Below, piece after piece: positions 38,391-50,935 of a stretch of 50,935 nt of DNA; position 1 is the first letter of the stretch, and every line of letters starts with the position of its first letter. The stretch lies in the NCBI GenBank assembly GCA_032718475.1, contig JAUCBJ010001011.1, positions 1 to 50,935 on the forward strand, written 5' to 3'. Both the position numbers and the translations under genes were made by a program. A model generated the notes under the pieces. The model did no database searches. It was given only the letters and a program-made list of their open reading frames with translations, and was not told the DNA's origin. Source of the DNA: Nemertoderma westbladi. Taxonomy: Eukaryota > Animalia > Xenacoelomorpha.

Positions 38391-39699
38391 TGAATAAAGT
38401 GAAAACTCCATCAATTCATGTGCAACCAGTAATAAGAAATCGCGATAAATGTAATTTGAATAAAAATTATTCTAGAAAAATTTTCCTCAAAAAGTATGAA
38501 GTCTTGGCATTGGTGACGCGAAACTAGGCTAGTGAGATTCAGGATATTGCGTTTAATATAAAAATCGAAAACGCTATCGAATTCCGTAAAGGCGTTAATA
38601 AAATACTGCAACTTTTTTGAAATTTGTATAATTCTAGAACTAGAAAAAATTAATTTTTGAACGGCGCTGTTTGGGGTTTCGAAACATGGATAGGCTGAAA
38701 GAGGACATCGAATTAAGTTGAAAAATGAAAACCCCATCGAATTTGGACAAAGCGTTCCGGAGTTATAGCGGATCGAAAAAAATTGACCCCCCCCCAGTCG
38801 CCAAAAATTTACAGTAATTTAAAATTTTGCAAAAAAAATTTTTTGCGTTATTTTTGATGGCAAATCGATTGACAGTACTGGTTTTGAAAAAATTTTTTTG
38901 AAATTTTTGGTCAGAAAAAAAAAACATGGAAAAAGTATCTTTTTAAAGATTTGATGTCTTTGCCTATGGTCAGAGAATGATCCAACTCTGTAACTTGGCA
39001 ATCGCTCAAATCCATTCAGCTGAATGGCACAGTAGAGTAAACTAAAGTAAATTCCCTATACAATGTTCTGAAGGGGAGACTGACAGAGAGTAATCCAACA
39101 ATAAAACATTTTGCAATAATGTTGACATTAATGTAGCCAACACACTGTGTACTTAAGTCATTCAGCTTACATTAGCAGAGGGAGATATTCCCATAGAGAG
39201 CGCATTGGGAAGAGTAATTCAGCTGAGGCGATAATAGATTTCTAACTAAACCAACCAGTTAATATTTGCTTTGACAGAGTATCCTAGGGCCTAAACAAAC
39301 AGTATGGGTGTACTAAGTACAATAATCTTGGCAACCTCATCGATTTATACTAAGCCTTGTGTAGAAATCCATTACATAAGCCATTTTTCATCACGACACC
39401 AGCTGTTATTGGTGTTATTTTACCATTGCGCCTATGGCGTTTTTTCGTTTATTTCTATTTTTCGAGCCCACGGCTCATGGACGAAATAGCGGAACATACC
39501 AGGGACCTTAGAATCGCGGTATCCAGCCGCTGTGAAAATTTCATCAAAATCGTTAGAGTAGTTTTGGCTATAGATTAACCAGCCAGCCAGTCAGCCAACA
39601 ATTCTTATTACAGTAATGAACCTCTCGGTTCCTAACTAGTGACGGGCCTAGCGGCCCGATAAGGAACCGACTTTTTATTTCAAATAAAAGAGACAACGA

Positions 39700-42600
39700 G
39701 CTCGGCTCGGTCTTGCACGATTGGGCACGATTTAGTTCGACTTGGCTTGATCGGCTCGGTTTGGCTCGATTAGGCTCGGCTTGGCTCGATCTGACTCGAC
39801 TCAGCTTGATTCGGCTCAATCAGCTCGATTGGGTTCGACTCGGCTCGGTCCAGCTTGACTTGGCTCAATTGGGCTCGATTCAGCTCAATCTGCTCGACTC
39901 GGCTCGAATCGGCTCAATTGGGATTGATTGGGCTTAACTCGGATCGATTTGGCTCAACTTGGCTCAGTCTGGCTCGATTGGGCTCGACTTGGCTCGGTCC
40001 GGCTCAATTGGGCTCGACTAGGCTTGATTGGGCTCGACCCGGCTCGATTGGGCTCGACTCGATTCGATTTGGGCTTGACTCGGCTCAGTCTGGCTCGACT
40101 CGGCTCGATTGGGCTCGACTCAGCTTGATTGGGCTCAATCCGGGCTCAATTTGGCGTGACACGGTCGACACGGCTTGGCTCGGCTCGGCTCGGCTCGGCT
40201 CGGCTCGGCTCGGCTCGGCTCGGCTCGGCTCGGCTCGGCTCGGCTCGGCTCGGCTCGGCTCGGCTCGGCTCGGATCGGATCGGCTCGGCTCGGATCGGCT
40301 CGGCTCGGCTCGGTCTGAGTCGACTCAGCTCGATTCGGCTCGATTGGGTTCGACTTGGCTCGGTCCGGCTTGACTTGGCTCAATTGGGCTCGATTCGGCT
40401 CAATCCACACGACTCGGCTCGAATGGGATTGATTGGGCTTGACTTGGCTCGATTTGGCTCAACTTGGCTCAGTCCGGCTCAATTGGGTTCGACTTGGCTC
40501 GGTCCAGCTCAATTGGGCTCGACTAGGCTTGATTGGGCTCGACTCGGCTCTATTGGGCTCGACTCGACTCGATTGGGCTTGACTCGGCTCAGTCTGGCTC
40601 GACTCGGCTTAATTGGGCTCAACTCGGCTCTGTTCGGCTCGATTGGGCTTGACTCGGCTTGATCACCTCGATTGGTTCTATTCGGCTCAATCGGTATGAT
40701 TCGGCTCGATTAACACACGATGCTGGAAGGGTTAAAGCCAAACTCACGTGCTGCTCGAAGGGACAAAGTCAAACAGTGTGTCTATTATTTGATGTAACTC
40801 ATGAGCTGCTCGAAGGGCGCAACATCATATATCAAGGGACAAAGCAAAACTCACGTGCTGCTCGAAGGGACAAAGTCAAACAGTGTGTCTATTATTTGAT
40901 GTAACTCACGCGCTGCTCGAAAGGCGCAAATACATTATATCGAAGGGTCAAAGCCAAACTCACGTGCTGCTCGAAGTGACAAAGTCAAACATTGTGTCTA
41001 ATATTTGATTAACTCACGTGCTGCTCGAAGGGCGCAACTACATATATCGAAACAAGCCCCTGTCTTGTATTTTAATTATAACAGAAATCCTTGCCTTCAG
41101 TACAAAATATCTAAAAATTAATTTACCTGAAGTATGGGTAACATTATAAATTCGCTTTTCACACACAGTAGTTAACTAAAGCAAATACCATTCAGGTAGA
41201 CTGAATGATTTTATTAATGTTTGCCATGCATAATGTACTATATTTGGGTCCCATGGCCCACCCCATTGAACAGCTTTGCTTACATCTGATAGAGAGTAAT
41301 CCCAAATTAACTTCCCTCTACGAAGATTATTTTAATTAAATACATACAACATAGCAGACAACTCTGCAATCAACAGTACGCAATAACTAAAATGGCATTC
41401 AGCTTACCAGCTATTCGCATTAAGCTAATAGATATTCGATTTCATTCGATTCATTGAGTGTGTGAGGGCTATTGGGAGAGCAATCAGCTTATGATGTAAT
41501 ACATTAGAATCCCACGGCTTTTGTTTGCTTACTGTCTGAGTTGTAGAGTGAGGATAATACTTGGCAGAGAAAGCATTTCCTTGTTAGGTGGCCATTCCTA
41601 TAGAATAGCATTACTAGGCTATCTCTATCCATTTTTCATGAGTGCCAGCTGGTGTTTTTATCATTGCGCCTATGGCGTTTTTTCGTTTATGTCTATTTTT
41701 CGAGCCCACGGCTCATGGACGAAATAGCGGAACATACCAGGGACCTTAGAATCCGGTCAGCCAGCCGCTGTGAAAATTTCATCAAAATCGTTAGAGTAGT
41801 TTTGGCTATAGATTAACCAGCCAGTCAGCCAGTCAATCAGCCAACAATTCTTACAGTAATGAACCTCTCGGTTCCTAACTAGTGACGGGCCTAGCGGCCC
41901 GATAAGGAACCGACTTTTTATTTCAAATAAAAGAAACAATGAGCTCGGCTCGGTCTGGCACAATTGGGCTCGATTCAGTTCGACTTGGCTTGATCAGCTC
42001 GGTTTGGCTCGATTGGGGGGCTAGACTCGGCTTGATTGGGCTCGACTTGACACATCTCGATTCGGCACAATCGGCTTGATTGGGTTCGACTCGGCTCGGT
42101 CCGGCTCGACTTGGCTCGATTGGGCTCGACTCGGCTCGATTGGGCTCGAATCGGCTCGATTGGGATTGATTGGGCTTGACTCGTCTTGATGTGGCTCAAC
42201 TTGGCTCAGTCCGGCTCGATTGGGCTCGACTTAGGCTTGATTGGGCTCGACTCGGCTCTATTGGGCTCGACTCGATTCGATTGGGCTCGACTCGGCTTGA
42301 TTGGGCTCGACTCGACTCAGTCCGGCTCAATTTGGCGTGACACGGCTTAATTGGGCTCGGCTCGGCTCGGTCTGAGTCGACTCAGCTCGATTCGGCTCAA
42401 TCGGCTCGATTGGGTTCGACTCGGCTCGGTCTGGCTCGACTTGGCTCAATTGGGCTCAATCCGCTCGACTCGGCTCGATTGGGATTGATTGGGCTTGACT
42501 CGGCTCGATTTGTCTCAACTTGGCTCAGTCTGGCTCGATTGGGCTCGACTTGGCTCGGTCCGGCTCAATTAGGCTCGACTAGGATTGATTGGGCTCGACT

Positions 42601-43770
42601 CGGCTCTATTGGGCTCGACTCGACTCGATTGGGCTTGCCTCGCCTCAGTCTGGCTCGACTAGGCTTGATTGGGCTCAACTCGGCTCCGTTCGGCTTGACT
42701 CGGCTCGATTGGGCTCGACTCGGCTTGATCGCCTCGATTGGTTCTATTCGGCTCGATCAGTATGATTCGGCTCGATTGACACACGCTGCAGGAAGGGCCA
42801 AAGCCAAACTCACGTGCTGCTCGAAGGGACAAAGTCAAACAGTGTGTCTATTATTTGATGTAACTCACGTGCTACTCGAAGGGCGCAACATCATATATCA
42901 AGGGTCAAAGCAAAACTCACGTGCTGCTAGAAGGGACAAAGTCAAACATTGTGTCTAATATTTGATTAACTCACGTGCTGCTCGAAGGGCGCAACTACAT
43001 ATATCTGAAACAAGCCCCTATCTTGTATCTTAATAATAATATAATAATATACACTCCCCAATGGGGTAAATGAAATTCGGTAATATCATAATATTATTTT
43101 ATCAATAAAATAGATATAAAATAAAAATAAATCAATTTGTATTTTAATTATATCAGAAATCGTTGCCATGCATAGTGTACTATATTTGGGTCCCATGACC
43201 CACCCCATTGAACAGCTTTGCTTACATCTGATAGAGAGTAATCCCAAATTAACTTCCCTCTACGAAAATTATTTTAATTAAATACATGCAACATAGCAGT
43301 CTACTCTACAGTCAACAGTAGTAGGCCTACACAATAACTAAAATGGCATTCAGCTTACCAGCTATTCGCATTAAGCGAATAGATATTCGATTTCATTGGA
43401 TTCAGTGAGTGTGTGAGGGCTATTAGGAGAGCAATCAGCTTATGATGTAATACATTAGAATCCCACGGCTTTTGTTTGCTTACTGTCTGAGTTGTAGAGT
43501 GAGGATAATACTTGGCAGAGAAAGCATTTCCTTGTTAGGTGGCCATTCCTATAGAATAGCATTACTAGGCTACCTCTATCCATTTTTCATTAGTGCCAGC
43601 TGGTGTTTTTATCATTGCGCCTATGGCGTTTTTTCGTTTATATCTATTTTTCGAGCCCACGACTCATGGACGAAATAGCGGAACATACCAGGGACCTTAG
43701 AATCGCGGTATCTAGCCGCTGTGAAAATCTCATCAAAATCGTTAGAGTAGTTTTGGCTGTAGATCAGTCA

Positions 43771-43805
<35 letters not shown>

Positions 43806-46800
43806 TCGAGCAATTCTTACAGTAATGAACCTCTCGGTTCCTAACTAGTGACGGGCCTAGCGGCCCGATAAGGAACCGACTTTTTATTTCATATAAAAGA
43901 GACAACGAGCTCGGCTCGGTCTTGCACGATTGGGCACGATTAAGTTCGTCTTGGCTTGATCGGCTCGGCTCGGCTCGGCTCGGCTCGGCTCGGCTCGGCT
44001 CGGCTCGGCTCGGCTCGGCTCGGCTCGGCTCGGCTCGGCTCGGCTCGGCTCGGCTCGGCTCGGCTCGGCTCGGCTCGGCTCGGCTCGGCTCGGCTCGGCT
44101 CGGCTCGGCTCGGCTCGGCTCGGCTCGGCTCGGCTCGGCTCGGCTCGGCTCGGCTCGGCTCGGCTCGGCTCGGCTCGGCTCGGCTCGGCTCGGCTCGGCT
44201 CGGCTCGGCTTGGTTCGGCACGGCACGGCTCGGCTCGGCTCGGCTCGATTAGGCTCGGCTCGGCTCGGCTCGGCTCGGCTCGGCTCGGCTCGGCTCGGCT
44301 CGGCTCGGCTCGGCTCGGCACGGCTCGGCTCGGCTCGGCTCGGCTCGGCTCTGCTCGGCTCGGCTCGGCTCGATTAGGCTCGGCTCGGCTCGGCTCGATT
44401 AGGCTCGGCTCGGCTCGGCTCGGCTCGGCTCGGCTCGGCTCGGCTCGGCTCGGCTCGGCTCGGCTCGGCTCGGCTCGGCTCGGCTCGGCTCGGCTCGGCT
44501 CGGCTCGGCTCGGCTCGGCTCGGCTCGGCTCGGCTCGGCTTGGCTTGGCTCGGCCTGGCTCGGCTCGGCTCGGCTCGGCTCGGCTCGGCTCGGCTCGGCT
44601 CGGCTCGGCTCGGCTCGGCTCGGCTCGGCTCGGCTCGGCTCGGCTCGGCTCGATTAGGCTCGGCTCGGCTCGATTAGGCTCGGCTCGGCTCGATTAGGCT
44701 CGGCTCGGCTCGATTAGGCTCGGCTCGGCTCGGCTCGGCTCGGCTCGGCTCGGCTCGGCTCGGCTCGGCTCGGCTCGGCTCGGCTCGGCTCGGCTCGGCT
44801 CGGCTCGGCTCGGCTCGGCTCGGCTCGGCTCGGCTCGGCTCGGCTCGGCTCGGCTCGGCTCGGCTCGGCCTGGCTCGGCTCAGCTTGGCTCGGCTTGGCT
44901 TGGCTCGGCTTGGCTCGGTCTGAGTCGACTCCCCGTGCTGCTCGAAGGGCGCAAATACATATATCGAAGGGTCAAAGCAAAACTCACGTGCTGCTCGAAG
45001 GGACAAAGTCAAACAATGTGTCTATTATTTGATGTAATTCACGTGCTGCTCGAAGGGCGCAAATACATATATCGAAGGCTCAAAGCAAAACTCACGTGCT
45101 GCTCGAAGGGACAAAGTCAAACATTGTGTCTATTATTTGATTATCTCACGTGCTGCTAGAAGGGCGCAACTACATATATCGAAACAAGCCCCTGTCTTGT
45201 ATTTTAATTATATCAGAAATCCTTGCCTTCAGTACAAATATCTAAAAATTCATTCACCTGAAGTATGGGTAACATTATAAATTCGTTTTTCGCACAGTAG
45301 AGTTAACTAAGCAAATACCCTCCAGGTTGACTGAATGATTTTATTAATGTTTGCCATGCATAATGTACTATATTTGGGTCCCATGACCCACCCCCATTGA
45401 ACAGCTTTGCTTACATCTGATAGAAAGTAATCCCAAATTAACTTCCCTCTACGAAAATTATTTTAATTAAATACATACAACATAGCAGTCTACTCTACAG
45501 TCAACAGTTCACAATAACTAAAATGGCATTCAGCTTACCAGCTATTCGCATTAAGCTAATAGATATACGATTTCATTCGATTCAGTGAGTGTGTGAGGGC
45601 TATTGGGAGAGCAATCAGCTTATGATGTAATACATTAGAATCCTACGGCTTTTGTTTGCTTACTGTCTGAGTTGTAGAGTGAGGATAATACTTGGCACAG
45701 AAAGCATTTCCTTGTTAGGTGGCCATTCCTATAGAATAGCATTACTAGGCCATCTCTATCCATTTTTCATGAGTGCCAGCTGGTGTTTTTATCATTGCGC
45801 CTATGGCGTTTTTTCGTTTATGTCTATTTTTCGAGCCCACGGCTCATGGACGAAATAGCGGAACATACCAGGGACCTTAGAATCGCGGTATCTAGCCGCT
45901 GTGAAAATTTCATCAAAATCGTTAGAGTAGTTTTGGCTGTAGATCAGCTCAGCCAGTCAGCCAGCCAGTCTCGAGCAATTCTTACAGTAATGAACCTCTC
46001 GGTTCCTAACTAGAGACGGCGTCAAGACGCCGTTAAGCAAGTCGGAAGTCGTCAATCAAAGGTAAGTTCCCTCAACAATGTATATCTATGTTCAGAAGGG
46101 AAGTGTTATTTACCTATGGTCAGAGAGAGATCCCACCTCTGTAATTTGGCAATTGCTCAAATCCATACAGCTGAATGACTCAGTAGAGTAAACAAAAGTA
46201 AATTCCCTCAGCCTCAACAGCGTTTGCCTATGGTGTGAAGGGAATCTGACAGAGCATAATCTTAGCCACTAAATGTCATTCACCTAACAAAACATTTTGA
46301 ATGCCACAGTGATTAACCAAATACAGATAATAAGCAGTTATTTTTATATTTCAAACTATAATGTTAGTGTTAGCCTTACAGTGTATCAGTATGAAGCTGA
46401 GTAAACATTCGCCTTATAAGCATACAACATCCAAAGTATTAATGTTGGACGAAAGATTTAAAAATAAAATACAGTGCAGTAGTACTCTGTAACTAACAGT
46501 CATTCAGCTTGCACTAAATGTCAATCACCTATAAAACATTTTGAATGCCACAGTGAATATTAACCCAATACAGATAATAAGAAGTGATTTTTATATTTCA
46601 AACTATAATGTTAGTCTTAGCCTTACAGAGTATCAGTATAAGGCTGAGTAAACATTCCACCTTATAAGCATACAGCCTCCACAGTATTAATGTTGGCATT
46701 AATGTAGCCGATACACTGTATACCTAATAGTCATTCAGCAGGGGGAAGAGTTATTCAGCTGAGGCGGTAATAGATTGCAAACTAAACCAACCAGTTGGCA

Positions 46801-48725
46801 GCCTCATCGATTTATACTAAGCCTGTGTAGAACCACAAACTAAATCAACCAGTTAATATTTGCTTTGACAGAGAGTGCAGGGCCTAAACAAACAGTATGG
46901 GTGTACTGAGTACAATAATCTTGGCAACCTCATCGATTTATACTAAGCCTTGTGTAGAAATGCATTACATAAGCCATTTTTCATCAGGACACCAGCTGTC
47001 ATTGGTGTTATTTTACCATTGCGCCTATGGCGTTTTTTCGTTTATCTCTATTTTTCGAGCCCAGAGGCTATGGACGGAGTAGCCGATCATGCCAGGGACC
47101 TTAGAATCGCGGTATCTAGATGCTGTGAAAATTTCATCAAAATCGTTAGAGTAGTTTTGGCTGTAGATCAGCCAGCCAGTCAGCCAGCCAGTCAGCCAGC
47201 CAGTCAGTCAGCCAACAATTCTTACAGTAATCAAGTCTAACGACTTGCTAACTAGTGACGGGCCTAGCGGCCCGATAAGGAACCGACTTTTTATTTCAAA
47301 TAAAAGAGACAACGAGCTCGGCTCGGTCTTGCACGATTGGGCACGATTAAGTTCGACTTGGCTTGATCGGCTCGGTTTGGCTCGATTAGGCTCGGCTCAG
47401 CTCGGCTCGGCTCGGCTTGGTTCGGCTCGGCTCGGCACGGCTCGGCTCGGCTCGGCTCGGCTCGGCTCGGCTCGGCTCGGCTCGGCTCGGCTCGGCTCGG
47501 CTCGATTAGGCTCGGCTCGGCTCGACTCGGCTCGGCTCGGCTTGGCTCGGCCTGGCTCGGCTCGGCTCGGCTCGGCTCGGCTCGGCTCGGCTCGGCTCGG
47601 CTCGTGCTCGGCTCGGCTCGGCTCGGCTCGGCTCGGCCTGCTCGGCTCGGCTCGGCTCGGCTCGGCTCGGCTCGGCTCGGCTCGGCTCGGCTCGGCTCGG
47701 CTCGGCTCGGCTCGGCTCGGCTCGGCTCGGCTCGGCTCGGCCTGCTCGGCTCGGCTCGGCTCGGCTCGGCTCGGCTCGGCTCGGCTAGGCTCGGCTCGGC
47801 TCGGTTCGGCTCGGCTTGATTCGGCTCGGCTCTGCTCGGCTCGGCCCGGCTCGGCTCGGCTTGGCCTGGCCTGGCCTGGCTCGGCCCGGCTCGGCTCGGC
47901 TCGGCTCGGCTCGGCTCGGCTCGGCTCGGCTCGGCTCGGCTCGGCTCGGCTCGGCACGGCACGGCTCGGCTCGGTTCGGCTCGGCTCGGCTCGGCTCGGC
48001 TCAGCTCAGCTCGGCTTGGCTCGGCTCGGCACGGCTCGGTTCGGCTCGGCTCGGCTCGGCACGGTTCGGCTCGGCTCGGCTCGGCTCGGCTCGGCTCGGC
48101 TCGGCTCGGCTCGGCTTGGCTTGGCTCGGCTTGGCTCGGTCTGAGTCGACTCCCCGTGCTGCTCAAAGGGCGCAAATACATATATCGAAGGGTCAAAGCA
48201 AAACTCACGTGCTGCTCGAAGGGACAAAGTCAAACAATGTGTCTATTGTTTGATGTAATTCACGTGCTGCTCGAAGGGCGCAAATACATATATCGAAGGG
48301 TCAAAGCCAAACTCACGTGCTGCTCGAAGGGACAAAGTCAAACATTGTGTCTAATATTTGATTAACTCACGTGCTGCTCGAAGGGCGCAACTACATATAT
48401 CGAAACAAGCCCCTGTCTTGTATTTTAATTATATCAGAAATCCTTGCCTTCAGTACAAAAATATCTAAAAATTCATTTACCTGAAGTATGGGTAACATTA
48501 TAAATTCGCTTTTCACACAGTAGTTAACTAAAGCAAATACCCTTCAGGCTCGGCTCGGCTCGGCTCGACTCGGCTCGGCTCGGCTCGGTTCGGCTCGGCT
48601 CGGCTCGGCTTGGCTCGGCTCGGTTTTTGCTCGGCTCGGTTTGGCTCGGCTCGGCTCGGCTCGGCTCGGTTGGCTCGGCTCGGCTCGGCTCGGCTCGGCT
48701 TGGCTCGGCTCGGTCTGAGTCGACA
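39700..48725. repeat. (CTCGG)n pentanucleotide arrays inside the subfamily-A units
   Basis: Arrays at ~39700-40710, 41940-42780, 43910-44930, 47315-48150 and 48546-48725, each followed by ~50-bp CACGTGCTGCTCGAAGGG repeats. Confidence 0.95.
46009..47250 (-). mobile_element. Subfamily-B HINE-like unit (1242 bp) within the array
   Basis: Has its own asymmetric IR pair AGCAAGTCG (46036-46044) / CGACTTGCT (47241-47249) and its own 3' hairpin ACGGCGTC-AA-GACGCCGT. It lacks the CTCGG array. Confidence 0.75.
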
Positions 48726-48927
48726 CCCCATGCTGCTCGAAGGGCGCAAATACATATATCGAAGGGTCAAAGCAAAACTCACGTGCTGCTCGAAGGGACA
48801 AAGTCAAACAATGTGTCTATTATTTGATGTAATTCACGTGCTGCTCGAAGGGCGCAAATACATATATATCGAACGACTCGGCTTGATCAGTTCTATTCGG
48901 CTCGATCAGTATGATTCAGTACGTCGT

Positions 48928-49422
48928 TTCCAGGATCTAAGTTCGTGCTTAGGATCTAAGTTAGTTTCCAGGATCTAGTTCGCATCTATGATTTAGGTTC
49001 GTGTATAGGATCTATGTTCTCATCTACAGTAGTATCAGAGATCGTGTTGCTTCCAAGATCTAGGTTCATATCTAGGATCTAAGTTCGCTTCCAGGATTTA
49101 AGTACACATCTAGGATCTAAGTTCGCTTCCAGGATTTAAGTACACATCTAGGATCTATGTTCACGTTGCTTCCAGGATCTAAGTTCACATCTAGGATCTA
49201 AGTTCGCTTCCAGGATCTAAGTTCACATCTAGGATCTATGTTCAGTTCACGTTGCTTTCGGATCGAAGTTCGTATCTAGGATCTAAGTTCCCTTCCAGGA
49301 TCTGAGGTTCACATCTAGGATCTAAGTTCGCTTCCAGGATCTATGTTCACGTTGCTTTCGGATCTAAGTTCGTATCTAGGATGCTTCACTTCCAGGGATC
49401 TAAGTTCGTGTCTAGGATCTAA
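48928..49422. repeat. 19-bp dimeric minisatellite
   Basis: Alternating GGATCTAAGTTCGCTTCCA / GGATCTAAGTTCACATCTA. Confidence 0.9.
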
Positions 49423-50935
49423 ATTAATGTGTAGTTCGGCATACCTCTGTATTGCATACGTCGGTATAGCACTGTATTTCATTGTTATAGCTTAGTATAG
49501 GTCGGTGTTGTTAGTATTGGTGAAAATAATGTAGACTTGAAGAATATCGCGAGTAAAAATATCGCGAGTAAAAATATCGCAAGATGAAAAATATCGAAAA
49601 TATCGCGAGTAAAAGAAATTTTTATGGTAGCTAGTGTTTTTACAAAAACTACTGTATACAATTTCTTATTTTTTAAATAAGGGGGATTGATAATTCCAAT
49701 GTATTATTATAGTAGACAGATATATGTTCATGAGACAGAGGGGGGGGGGGGGGGGGGGGGGGGGATTTTCATGAACACCAGCTGCTATTTTATCATTGCG
49801 TCTATGGACTTTAGTTTATGTATATATTTATCGATACCAGGGGCTTAAGGTGAGCTGAGACTGACAGACAGAAACAAGGTTTAAATAGTGCATCTCTTAT
49901 CTAAGCTTGATAACTTCGTGGTTCGCCCCACTCCAATACTGTCCTTGCTTGGATCCACATAATTAATGTACAAATCATCTCCAATTGCATTAATTGCAAT
50001 ATAATTCAATTAACCGGAATTTATCGCCGGATTTATTAAAATAGAGGTCCAGTAATCCAGTAAAATAATATCATAATAATATACACAAATAATTATTACA
50101 CGCACAAACCAATATTATTATTATTATCATATAAAAATAAATACACACAATTAATTATGCACAATATACAGGGATAAATAGCCGTACTCATGTTTTGAAA
50201 GCTGAGTGGCTTTGTTCACTGTGAGAGACCGAAGGTGGCCCAATCGACCAATAGGAGCCAATTCAATAGGCCTCACCTCCCCACCACCTATCGAACTGGG
50301 TCCGCATCGAGCGATGATGCGAAAGTATCCTAAAGGGTCAATTTAGGCCAGAGCTTTAGGGTTAACATCAACAACCCATGTGAACCCAGCAGGGGTTCAC
50401 GGGTCAACACTCTCTTCGATCACAATCGGGGCAAAGCATTAACAACTCGAACCAAAGGCGTGGTTCGAAATTAAACTTAGGCCAACCAATAACAATACAA
50501 GTCATGCAACGGAAAATTTTGACCACTATATTATGTGGTGTTAAATCTCTTAAAAAAATATTTATAAAAAGGGTTCCGCTGCAAAACCTGCATGCTACAG
50601 ATTAGAGTAACCAACCTCTCCGCCACAGTGAAATCAGGGCACACAGTACTACACAAGGGTCGCCAATGGCCGGTGAGGTAAAGGCTTTTCCCAACAGAGC
50701 TGTTATAATTTCATTACCCTTGGATATTCCGTGTACGCCAAGCACACATTGAAACGATAATAAATTATAATAATCAGAATCGTTTCAAACTCACTTAACA
50801 TGAATGAAGGTATCCACATGTAAATGAAAGATTACTATCTGAAATGGTAATATTTCTGGAAAACAATTGGTTGGTGGTTGGATGCCTTACACTTGATCAA
50901 CATTATATCTTAGACCCCTCTTGTATTTCAGCTGA

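Larger units (their letters stand above)
38955..48920 (-). mobile_element. Head-to-tail array of non-autonomous Helitron2/Helentron (HINE/DINE-1-like) elements
   Basis: Five junctions (39634/5, 41877/8, 43843/4, 46008/9, 47250/1). On the minus strand each reads [9-bp IR]-hairpin-CTAGT|T-[9-bp IR]-small hairpin-TTACTGTAA-(CTGG/CTGA)n microsatellite. Confidence 0.8.

Noticed and set aside
37034-38414. HTYHKED / VVFFMIR ORFs
   Set aside because: Minisatellite artefacts with no non-repetitive coding context.
39568-48978. ARLGS / AEPSR repeat proteins
   Set aside because: Translations of (CTCGG)n, open on both strands.

Overview
AT-rich, intron-containing eukaryotic DNA, most likely from an invertebrate animal; it is not prokaryotic. 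Two host genes lie on the minus strand at the left: the first exon of a secreted Reeler-domain protein (762-1011) and three exons of LRRC58 (3578-6021). The LRRC58 stop codon and last four codons are tandemly amplified about 15 times as a 32-bp array in its 3' UTR. The rest is mostly transposon- and repeat-derived: hAT-like MITEs, a foldback element, a truncated RTE LINE, a (TA)n-embedded TIR element carrying a 3.7-kb 16-bp satellite, and a Sola1-like transposon with a deleted catalytic segment. There is also a decayed, spliced Helitron2/Helentron Rep gene (herpes-tegument DUB-like domain, DUF6570-like region, HUH Rep). Just upstream of it on the same strand is a ~10-kb head-to-tail array of non-autonomous Helitron2/HINE-like elements, joined precisely at CTAG-T|T junctions. 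Two subfamilies in the array have different but structurally equivalent termini. Family assignments come from motif recognition by eye; no database search was run.
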